64,000 bases of DNA from Planctomycetota bacterium. Its GTDB lineage: Bacteria; Planctomycetota; UBA1135; GCA-002686595. This document shows, piece after piece, positions 44,340 through 52,249 of the stretch. Below the pieces are notes generated by a model. It was not told where the DNA came from. It worked only from the letters and a program-made list of their open reading frames with translations, and did not search any database. Numbering within the stretch: the stretch's first letter is position 1; every line of letters starts with the position of its first letter. Location: contig JAEUIA010000097.1 of the NCBI GenBank assembly GCA_016795245.1, forward strand, positions 20,267-84,266, in the 5' to 3' direction. Both the position numbers and the translations under genes were made by a program.

Positions 44340-45269
44340 TCAGGGCGCCCAGACGACGCGAATCGCGTTCGTGAGATTGAAGTTGCCCGGGATCGCGGCG
44401 CAGAAGCCCGGGTTCGTACGGAACCAGCCTTGGTAGAGGTAGGCCCCCGGCACGACACCGCCGCTGACGCTGATCGGGAGATCACCCGGCTCGGGCAGAC
44501 CGACCTGTCCATTGCAGGTGGCCTTGATGTTGAGGCGCGTGATGTTGCCCGTCAGACACAAGAGTCCGCTGCCGAATTGAATTCCATTGCCGCCGTTCAT
44601 CGGCACCGTCCCTTGGAAGAACAGGACGAAGGTGCTGGCCGGCAGACGCAAGGCGTGCAACACGAAGTTGTCGTTCGAGATGCTCGGAGTCGGAGCCAGC
44701 GGCGGCCCGGCGTAGCCGACGAGTCGGCCGCCCATGCCCGGCGCGTGCAAGCAACCCTCGTTGTCACCCACCGCGCTGTTGTTGCCGCACGGGCACGGCG
44801 TACCGCTGCCGTCGCCGAAGCAGAACTCGCCCTGGTCAGGCCGCAGATCGATCTGTCCGCGGATCTCACCGCCGGGGTTCGTCGTCGTGTGGATGTTGAA
44901 GTACGCGAAGCCGCCGATCACGTTCGACTGCTGCACCGGTGTCATCGCCCACACGCCGCACTTCGGTTGCCCGAGCGCTTGGGCGTGCACCACTCCCGCG
45001 TTCACGCCGGCCGGCGCGAAACCGTGAATGTGGGCGGCCGTCTCGATACCCGTCAGGTTCTGGAAGAGCTCGCGGTAGGTGAGCGTATTGGTCAGCGTGT
45101 CGACCGCGACGAAGCCGAGGCCGCTCCCCGGAGTCAGGACGATCGGGACCTCTTGCGCACCACTGAGGCGCGCGAGCAACGGAACGGTGGTCTGGGCCGG
45201 CGCGGCGGTCGCGAGTGTCACGAGGCCGAGCAGCGCGAACAGGCCGGAACGCAGAGTGGGTTGAGTCAT
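44340..45269 (-). CDS. Secreted CHRD-domain protein with a Cys-rich C-terminal module (paralogue 4)
   Basis: The signal peptide is MTQPTLRSGLFALLGLVTLATAAPAQ. Motifs are AAHIHGFAPAGVNAGV, YFNIHTTTNPGGEIRGQI and FCFGDGSGTPCPCGNNSAVGDNEGC...LYQGWFRTNPGFC...NLTNAIRVVWAP. Confidence 0.88.
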   Translation of the reverse strand: MTQPTLRSGLFALLGLVTLATAAPAQTTVPLLARLSGAQEVPIVLTPGSGLGFVAVDTLTNTLTYRELFQNLTGIETAAHIHGFAPAGVNAGVVHAQALGQPKCGVWAMTPVQQSNVIGGFAYFNIHTTTNPGGEIRGQIDLRPDQGEFCFGDGSGTPCPCGNNSAVGDNEGCLHAPGMGGRLVGYAGPPLAPTPSISNDNFVLHALRLPASTFVLFFQGTVPMNGGNGIQFGSGLLCLTGNITRLNIKATCNGQVGLPEPGDLPISVSGGVVPGAYLYQGWFRTNPGFCAAIPGNFNLTNAIRVVWAP

Positions 45270-45573
45270 GGGAAGTCTCCTTGGGCCAGGGCGCTCGCGG
45301 CACCATCGCCGCGCTTCACCCCTAAAGCCCTTCGAGGGTAGTCGAGTTCAGGCACCGCTGGGGCAGAAGTTGCCCCATGTTTCAGCGCCCGCGACGCCGC
45401 TCAGCTGCGCGAATGCATGATCCTAGCGGCGCCCGGGGATTGCGTCCGGACTCCCGCGCGCGAGCGATCGAAGAGGGGCCTCTGCGGATTCGCGCGGACA
45501 GGAGCGTTGAACTGCGGCGCACGCACAGGCATACCAGTGGGCCAGTCCGAGCCCAGGCTCGCGCCCAACCAGC

Positions 45574-46149
45574 ATGTCCGAATGGAGATTCCGCCGCCGC
45601 CAGGGCACGTGCTCGGCCTGCGAAAAGACCTTCGAAGACGGGGATCGCCACGTCTCGGCGCTCGTCATCGCAGGGGAAGAACTGCGTCGAGAGGACCACT
45701 GCGTCGCGTGTTTCAAGACGCGCGAAAACGTGACGGATCTCTTCTTCTGGTACACGCGCCACTCGGTCCAAAAGCGCGGTTTGCAACTGGACCTGGCCAC
45801 ACTCGAAGCCCTGTTCCTGCAGCTCGAAGGGCGCACCGAAGAGCGCGTGCGCGAACTGCGGTACGTGTTGTCGCTGCTCTTGATGCGCAAGCGTCGCCTG
45901 CGCCTCGACCGCGTCACGCGCGGACCGGAGGGCGAGGCGATGATCGTGCACAGGCCGCGCCGCAAGGAGACCTTGAAGGTGTTCGTGTTCGACTTCCAAC
46001 CGGAGCGCCTCGAGGTCCTGAAGGGCGACCTGATGGGACTCTTGGAAGGCGCCGAGCCGACGAGCGAAGCCGACACCTCGGGCAGCGACGAAAGTCCAAG
46101 CGCCGACGAGTCGCTGGCTCTCGCTTCGACGACGCACGAAAACGCTTGA
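45574..46149 (+). CDS. Hypothetical protein with an N-terminal CxxC...CxxC zinc-ribbon-like motif and an acidic tail
   Basis: 191 aa with an ATG start. Sequence reads GTCSACEKTF...HCVACFKT, then a helical Arg/Leu-rich core and a Ser/Asp/Glu-rich tail. The composition is unlike the Arg/Pro-rich shadow ORFs. Confidence 0.55.
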   Translation: MSEWRFRRRQGTCSACEKTFEDGDRHVSALVIAGEELRREDHCVACFKTRENVTDLFFWYTRHSVQKRGLQLDLATLEALFLQLEGRTEERVRELRYVLSLLLMRKRRLRLDRVTRGPEGEAMIVHRPRRKETLKVFVFDFQPERLEVLKGDLMGLLEGAEPTSEADTSGSDESPSADESLALASTTHENA

Positions 46150-46499
46150 AAACCCGAAGAAAATCGCCGTTTCGCAGCGCGCAAACGCGCGCGATTTCGG
46201 CGCGGGTCAGGCCGCGCGACGCCGGGAGCGGAGCAGAGCGCGCGTGCACTGGCCGAGGTCGAACTGAATTCCGCTGAAGATTCCCCGCGCAAATCCAAAA
46301 AGTTTTGGGCCTTGCGCAGGCCCGCCGAAGCTCCTTGAAATCCTGAATCCGCGCGTCTCGCCACCACAACCCCTAGTGGGTGAGTGGGGAGTGATGCCCC
46401 GAGATATAGAGGCCACCTTCGCGGTTGCATCTGCGCTAGCCGGCCGGCGCGCGGCCCTGGACCCCCGCTTTCCCTCGCGCAGGGCCTTCCAGGGGGCTT

Positions 46500-46557
46500 G
46501 TGGGCCTGAAAGTGGGCGAGCAGAATGCGCTTGTGGTGCTCGGTGGGAAAAAGTGGG
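46500..46557 (+). promoter_or_regulatory. Array of direct GTGGG/GTGGT boxes upstream of mraZ (candidate MraZ operator / dcw promoter region)
   Basis: T(G)GG cores start at 46501, 46513, 46534 (TGGT), 46544 and 46554. The last three are spaced exactly 10 bp apart. Two boxes have the form AAAGTGGG. The array ends 43 bp before the mraZ GTG start. Confidence 0.5.
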
Positions 46558-46599
46558 GCTGGTGCTCGTGCCTGAGTCGGGCCGGGGAGGGGGAGATCC

Positions 46600-47064
46600 G
46601 TGTTCTACGGTGAGTCCTCCCACGCGCTCGACGGCAAGTTTCGAGTGACCGTCCCCAAGCGGTTCCAGGACGAGTTCGCGCGCGACGCGAGCGGGACCCT
46701 GGTCTGCTTTCTCACACGCGGACAGGATCGTTGTCTCTACCTGTTCTCCGAGTCGGGCTTCGAGCGCGCTCTCCAAGGTCTCGACATCGCCGCATTCAAC
46801 GGGGAGAACCAACGCGCCGCGCAGCGCGTGTTCTTCGCCAACACCGCGCGCATCGAACTCGATGCGCAAGGTCGCGTACTGGTGCCCGAGAAGCTTCGAG
46901 CGCATCTCGGGACGGACAAGGATGTCGTGATCGTAGGGGTCGGTGATCACGCCGAGATGTGGGCCAAAGACGTGTGGGAACGCTACCACGCGCAACACGA
47001 GCCCATCCTCGATTCAGTCGACCAGGTGCTCGGTAATCGCGGGAGGACCGCGCCGAACTCTTGA
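46600..47064 (+). CDS. mraZ: Transcriptional regulator MraZ
   Basis: GTG start. (M)FYGESSHALDGKFRVTVPKRFQDEF... and the second half-domain ELDAQGRVLVPEKLRAHLG show the duplicated SpoVT/AbrB-like MraZ layout. It is first gene of the dcw cluster. Confidence 0.9.
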   Translation: MFYGESSHALDGKFRVTVPKRFQDEFARDASGTLVCFLTRGQDRCLYLFSESGFERALQGLDIAAFNGENQRAAQRVFFANTARIELDAQGRVLVPEKLRAHLGTDKDVVIVGVGDHAEMWAKDVWERYHAQHEPILDSVDQVLGNRGRTAPNS

Positions 47065-47084
47065 ACAGGGGGCCGTGGGGGGAG

Positions 47085-48077
47085 ATGTTCGGGACGGAGT
47101 TTGAGTCCATGGATGCCGAGACCGCCGAGAGGGGCGACGGGTCGGTGCACATCCCTGTGCTGTCCGCGCAAGTCGCGGCGGCGTTTGGGTGCATTCCCGA
47201 GCGCGCGCGCACAAGCTACGTCGTCGATGCGACGGTGGGCCTGGGCGGACACACGGAGTTGCTGCTCGCAACGTATCCGTGGCTGAACATCCTGGGTGTC
47301 GATCAGGATCCCGAAGCACTCGAGCGTGCTCGCACACGTCTCGAACGCTTCGGCTCGCGCGTGCGCTTGTGCCGCGGCCGTTTTTCGGAACTCGCGCGCG
47401 TGATGCGCCAGCAACAGATCGGCATGCCGATCGGCATGTTGTTCGACATCGGCGTGTCGTCGATGCAACTCGATGTGGCCGAGCGCGGCTTCAGTTTCCA
47501 ACACGACGGTCCGCTCGACATGCGCATGGATCCGTCGCGCGATCGGCCTGCATCCGACATCGTCAACCAGTGGGACGAGAGCGATCTGGCCGACTTGTTC
47601 TTCCACGAAGGCGGCGAGAAGCAGTCGCGCAAGATCGCGCGCGCGCTCGTCGAAGCCCGCGCTCGCGCACCTTTCATGCGCACGGCGCCGTTGGCCGACC
47701 TCGTCGCGCGTGCCCTGGGCGGCGGCGGTGGACGCATCCACCCTGCGACGCGCGTGTTCCAGGCCTTGCGCCGCGCCGTCAACGAAGAGGGCGAGGAACT
47801 CCTGGCCGCGCTGCACACCGCCGACCACTGCCTCGCCGACGGCGGAGTGTTGGCCGTGATCTCGTTCCACTCGGGCGAGGACGGCGAAGTGAAGCGCTTC
47901 TTGAACGCCGCCGCGCGCGACGGACGCTTCAAGCTCACGCCGCGCAAGCCGCTCGAAGCCGATCAAGCCGAATGCCGCGCGAACCCGCGTGCGCGCTCGG
48001 CCAAGTTGCGCGTCGCCGAACGCGTGCGTTCCGAAGTGCGCGGCGAGACGGAGATCGAAGGAGGGGAGTGCGAATGA
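47085..48077 (+). CDS. rsmH: 16S rRNA (cytosine1402-N4)-methyltransferase RsmH/MraW
   Basis: Motifs are HIPVL, VDATVGLGGHTELLL, GVDQDPEAL, FDIGVSSMQLD..RGFSF..DGPLDMRMD and ISFHSGEDG. The start is uncertain: TTG at 47061, ATG at 47085 or ATG at 47109. Confidence 0.9.
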   Translation: MFGTEFESMDAETAERGDGSVHIPVLSAQVAAAFGCIPERARTSYVVDATVGLGGHTELLLATYPWLNILGVDQDPEALERARTRLERFGSRVRLCRGRFSELARVMRQQQIGMPIGMLFDIGVSSMQLDVAERGFSFQHDGPLDMRMDPSRDRPASDIVNQWDESDLADLFFHEGGEKQSRKIARALVEARARAPFMRTAPLADLVARALGGGGGRIHPATRVFQALRRAVNEEGEELLAALHTADHCLADGGVLAVISFHSGEDGEVKRFLNAAARDGRFKLTPRKPLEADQAECRANPRARSAKLRVAERVRSEVRGETEIEGGECE

Positions 48078-48307
48078 CACGCCTCGTCCTGTGTTCGTTG
48101 CTCGGTGGATTGACGCTCGTGGTCGGTCTCGTGACCGCGATCGTGCAGTCGCACAACCGCGATCTGGGAATGCGCCTCGCCGACCTGCGCGAAGAAACGA
48201 CGCTCGTCGAAGCCGTCAACGGCGCGTCGGCCGCGCGCGTCCTGCGCATCGATCACGGCCCGCTGGACCTCGAGAGCATCGAGCCTGAAAAGAGGGTCTC
48301 GCGGTGA
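48074..48307 (+). CDS. Small single-TM protein in the FtsL position
   Basis: The ATG at 48074 overlaps the rsmH TGA (ATGA). MTRLVLCSLLGGLTLVVGLVTAIVQSHNRDLGMRLADLREE... is a TM followed by a short coiled segment, 77 aa in total. The call rests on position and topology only. Confidence 0.6.
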   Translation: MTRLVLCSLLGGLTLVVGLVTAIVQSHNRDLGMRLADLREETTLVEAVNGASAARVLRIDHGPLDLESIEPEKRVSR

Positions 48308-50772
48308 GCGAATTCGACAGCCCCCCCGCTGTGACGCCGGCACCCGCCGCAGCCGAAGCGCAATTCCGGTCCGCTTCCGGCTTGCGTCCGGCGAGTGCCT
48401 TCGTGCTCATCGGGTTCGTACTCGCGCTCGTCGCTGTGCGCGCCGCGATCCTGTCGCTGTACGACGAGGGCGATCAACCGCGCAACTTGACGCGTCTGCC
48501 GATCTTGCCCGTCGGCTTCGACATCGTCGACGCGGCCGGCGTGCCGATGGCGCGCTCCGTCGACTACCTCGAACTCGTCGCATCACCCAACGCCTTGTGG
48601 CAGGCGCACACACCGGACTGGATGGCGCGCCGCCTCGCCGCAGCCCTCGGGCGCCCGGAATCCGCGGACCAGTTGATCGAGGATCTCTTGCCCGACGCCG
48701 AGAACGGCGTGATCACGGCGCGCATCGATCGCGAGACTCCGCTCGTGCTCGACGAAGCCCAGAAGGATCGCGTCGTGTCGTGGCTGGTGCGCGGCACCAC
48801 CGATCCAGACGAGATTCGCGCGCCGATCCAGGGGTTCAGGCTCGTGCGCACGGCTCAGCCCGGCCGCTACCACCTGGCTTGGATACCGCGCACGGTTCTG
48901 TCCGAGAGCGAGCGCGAGCGCCACGGATACAAGAAGCCGCTCGAGTGGACGCGGCGCATCACGGACGACCTCTCCGCTTGTCTGCTCGGGGATGCGATCC
49001 GCGAAGTCGACAACGACGAGGCGCGCACCAAGCTGCGCTCGCGCGTTTGGAAAGTGCTGATGCCGACGCAATTCAAGAGCGTCGTGAAGGAAGTGCCCGT
49101 CGAGTTCGCCGGCACGATCCACGCCTTGCTCAAGTTCGAGCGCGTGCAATCGCACCAGATGGAGATCCGCCGCAATCAGAAGCGCGCGTATCCGGTGAAG
49201 GGCGATGTGCGCACCGCTCATCCCGCAGTCGGCGTCCTGGGCCGCTGGGGGACGTTGGAGCCCGCAGCGGCGCGCAAACTCGCGATCCGCGAACTGCGCT
49301 TGCCCGAAGACGACGCGCTGTGGAGTTCGTCGCAGATCGAGGCCTTCAATGCGCGTTCACGCGCGTGCGTGTTCCAGCCCAGCCCGATGAGCGGGCTCGA
49401 ACTCCACGCCAAGAATCTGCTGGCCCAGCCCGAGTGGCAGGACTGGCTGCGTTTGCGCGGAGAGGAGTACACCTACTTCGCCAATCAGGTGCCGCGTCAG
49501 CCGATGCACCACTACTTCCAGGAGTTGATCGAGGCGGACGAGACTCCGCGCGTCATCACCACGATCGAGATGGGGTTGCAGCGCTCGATGCGCGTGCTGC
49601 TCGAGCGCGCGATGAAGGACAACGACCCGGCCGTCGCAATGGCGATCGCGATCGACGTGCAAACGGGCGACGTGCTCGCGGTCGACGCGATCGACGCCTA
49701 CGGCATGGGAGGATTCTTGCCCACGCTGCACACCTACACGCCCGGCTCGACCATGAAGGCCGTGATCATGGCCGCGGCGCTCGAAGAAGGCGTCGTGACG
49801 CCGGACGAGCAGATCAACGCCTACCACGACACGTTCGTGTTCGAGGGTCGGCGCATCCACGAAGCCGACGGCGCCAAGGACAAGGACATCGTCACGGCGG
49901 CGGAAGCGCTGGCGTATTCGATCAATGCCGTGATGGTGCAGATCGGCACGCGCATGACCGATGCCGTGTTGCGCGGGCACTTGATCGCACTCGGCTACGC
50001 CCAGTATCCCGACGCGGGTTTGGGCAGCGAGCGCTGCGGAACGCTCCTGCGCTTGCCGTGGTCGCGCAAACACACGCAAGCGTCGTTGTCTTTCGGTCAC
50101 GAGATGCACGTGACGCTGTGGCAGCACGTGGCCGCGATGGCCACGCTCGTACGCGGGGGGCACTACCGGCCGCTGCGCATCGTCAAGGCCGTCGAGCAGT
50201 ACGGCGTCACCAAACCGATTCCGCTCGTCGAGAACCACAAGTTGCAGGCGCACGACTCGCTGTCGCAGCGCACGTCCGATCAGATCCGCGCGATGATGGA
50301 ACTCGGCGCGCGCATCGGCACGGGCAAGCGCGCCTACAGACCCGACATGGTCATCGGGACGAAGACCGGCACTGCGCAGCGCGTCGGTACGGAGCTGTGC
50401 CTGCACGTCGAACTCGAGCACAACAAGCAGCACGATTGCCACGGTGCACGCGCCTGTCGCGCGGCTCTCGTGGGCAAGAAGGCGCACAAGGGCTACTGCT
50501 ACACGTCTTCGATGTGCATCTTCGGCCGTCGGCTCGAAGGCGGGCGCGAAGTGATGGTGTACGTCGTCGTCGACGAGCCGCGCGGCCGCTTTCACTTCGG
50601 TTCGGAAGTCGCCGGCCCAGTCGCTGTCGGCGTGCTGCGCGAGGCGCTCGGCTTCACGAACCTGCTCGAAGACGTCGAACAACCCGATGCGAGCGGCTTC
50701 CGCACTGTGAACGTGGCGGCATCCGGTGCGTCGGACCAGCCGTGGTCGGAGGTACTCCATGCGGCGCGTTGA
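48304..50772 (+). CDS. ftsI: Class B penicillin-binding protein (FtsI/PBP3-like transpeptidase) with an extended N-terminal region
   Basis: The GTG at 48304 overlaps the upstream stop. The catalytic motifs are STMK (PGSTMKAV), SIN (YSINAV) and KTG (KTGTAQ). It is 822 aa. Confidence 0.85.
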   Translation: MSEFDSPPAVTPAPAAAEAQFRSASGLRPASAFVLIGFVLALVAVRAAILSLYDEGDQPRNLTRLPILPVGFDIVDAAGVPMARSVDYLELVASPNALWQAHTPDWMARRLAAALGRPESADQLIEDLLPDAENGVITARIDRETPLVLDEAQKDRVVSWLVRGTTDPDEIRAPIQGFRLVRTAQPGRYHLAWIPRTVLSESERERHGYKKPLEWTRRITDDLSACLLGDAIREVDNDEARTKLRSRVWKVLMPTQFKSVVKEVPVEFAGTIHALLKFERVQSHQMEIRRNQKRAYPVKGDVRTAHPAVGVLGRWGTLEPAAARKLAIRELRLPEDDALWSSSQIEAFNARSRACVFQPSPMSGLELHAKNLLAQPEWQDWLRLRGEEYTYFANQVPRQPMHHYFQELIEADETPRVITTIEMGLQRSMRVLLERAMKDNDPAVAMAIAIDVQTGDVLAVDAIDAYGMGGFLPTLHTYTPGSTMKAVIMAAALEEGVVTPDEQINAYHDTFVFEGRRIHEADGAKDKDIVTAAEALAYSINAVMVQIGTRMTDAVLRGHLIALGYAQYPDAGLGSERCGTLLRLPWSRKHTQASLSFGHEMHVTLWQHVAAMATLVRGGHYRPLRIVKAVEQYGVTKPIPLVENHKLQAHDSLSQRTSDQIRAMMELGARIGTGKRAYRPDMVIGTKTGTAQRVGTELCLHVELEHNKQHDCHGARACRAALVGKKAHKGYCYTSSMCIFGRRLEGGREVMVYVVVDEPRGRFHFGSEVAGPVAVGVLREALGFTNLLEDVEQPDASGFRTVNVAASGASDQPWSEVLHAAR

Positions 50773-52249
50773 ACTGATCGATCTCGTGGTTCGGTTGGGG
50801 GGGTCCCTTGCACCTGTGGGAGGTGCGGGACCGAGGATCACCGGTGTCCACTTGGACAGCCGTCGGGTGGGCGCCGGTGATCTCTTTGCCGCCGTGAGCG
50901 GATCCGTCGAAGACTCGGAACACTACTCGGTCGAAGCCGTGCGCCGCGGAGCCTCGGCCGTGCTCGCGCGCCGCGCGTTCGCGTCGACCGTGCCGGTGTG
51001 GGTCGTCTCGGAAGCGCGCCGCAGTGCCGGACTGGCGGCGGCGCTCGTCTACGGCGAGCCGGCGCAGTCGATGTTCAAGGTCGGCATCACCGGCACGAAC
51101 GGCAAGACGACGACCGCGCACCTCGTCGGACAGTTGCTCACCTGCGCAGGCTTCAAGCCGGCCGTGCTCGGCACCGCGGGTCATCGCCTGGCCGACGGTC
51201 TGCGACGCGCGGCCACGCACACGACACCGGACGCGCCTGAAGTGCAGCGCCTGCTCGTGCAGCACAAGGAATTCGGCGGCAACGCGCTCGCCATGGAAGT
51301 CTCGTCGCACGCGATCGCGCAGGAGCGTCATGCGGGCATCGACTTCGACGTCGCGGTGTTCACGAACCTGACCCGCGATCACCTGGACTATCACAAGGAC
51401 TTCGAGACGTACCTGCAGACGAAGGCTCGTCTGTTCGCCGGCCTGACGCCGCGCGGTACCGCAGTCCTGAATGCCGATGATCCCGCTTGTCCGCGCATGG
51501 CGGAAGCGGCGACGCGTGCCGGAGCACGCGTCATCAAGTACAGCGCCCGGAGTGCCGGTGACCTGTGTGCTTCCGACGTCCGTACCGACTTGAGCGGCAC
51601 CGACTTCGTTCTCAATGGGATGGGGATCTCGAGAACGAAGATTCGTGTGCCTCTCACCGGTCGTTACAACGTCGAGAACGCGCTGGCTGCCGCGGCCGCG
51701 GTGCTCGTGACGGGGGCGAGTCCTTCCACAATCGTGGATGGGCTCGCCACCGCCTCTGCCGCTCCGGGGCGGCTGGAGCCCGTCGCGACCAACGAGCGCG
51801 GATTCACGCTGCTCGTCGACTACGCGCACAGTGAAGACGCGCTCTCGAACGTGTGTCGCGTCCTGCGCGAGTCGCTGGAAGCGCGCGCCGCGAGCGCGGG
51901 ACGTCTGATCGTCGTGTTCGGTTGCGGCGGCGACCGCGACAAGGGCAAGCGCGCTCCGATGGGGCGCGTCGTGCAGCAACTCGCCGATCTCGCGATCGTG
52001 ACCAGCGACAACCCGCGCAGCGAAGATCCCGCCGGGATCATCGCCGAGATCGTGGCCGGCATGGATCAAGGCGGTGCCGAGCGCATCGTCGAGATCGACC
52101 GCCGCCGCGCGATCGAAACAGCCGTGTCGCGCGCGCGCGTCGGCGACATCGTGCTCATCGCCGGCAAGGGGCACGAAAACACTCAGACCATCGGCTCTCA
52201 AGTACTCGAATTCGACGACCGTCTGGTCGCCGCGGAGGCTTTGCGATGA
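50759..52249 (+). CDS. murE: UDP-N-acetylmuramoyl-L-alanyl-D-glutamate--2,6-diaminopimelate ligase
   Basis: Motifs are GITGTNGKTTTAHLV and DNPRSEDP. The ATG at 50759 (MRRVELIDL...) overlaps the ftsI 3' end. Confidence 0.9.
   Translation: MRRVELIDLVVRLGGSLAPVGGAGPRITGVHLDSRRVGAGDLFAAVSGSVEDSEHYSVEAVRRGASAVLARRAFASTVPVWVVSEARRSAGLAAALVYGEPAQSMFKVGITGTNGKTTTAHLVGQLLTCAGFKPAVLGTAGHRLADGLRRAATHTTPDAPEVQRLLVQHKEFGGNALAMEVSSHAIAQERHAGIDFDVAVFTNLTRDHLDYHKDFETYLQTKARLFAGLTPRGTAVLNADDPACPRMAEAATRAGARVIKYSARSAGDLCASDVRTDLSGTDFVLNGMGISRTKIRVPLTGRYNVENALAAAAAVLVTGASPSTIVDGLATASAAPGRLEPVATNERGFTLLVDYAHSEDALSNVCRVLRESLEARAASAGRLIVVFGCGGDRDKGKRAPMGRVVQQLADLAIVTSDNPRSEDPAGIIAEIVAGMDQGGAERIVEIDRRRAIETAVSRARVGDIVLIAGKGHENTQTIGSQVLEFDDRLVAAEALR

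Noticed and set aside
44180-45395. The shared block GGCAACTTC, with a nearby CGCTGAA, upstream of CHRD paralogues 3 and 4 and also near 15085-15105 upstream of the beta-propeller gene. I considered it as a sigma-54 or ECF-sigma promoter.
   Set aside because: No GG-N10-GC arrangement typical of sigma-54 is present. The distance from AAC to any CGT/TCGA-like -10 element is 18-23 nt and inconsistent between copies. The order of the two sub-motifs differs at the propeller gene. Short motifs of this length are expected by chance in 64 kb.
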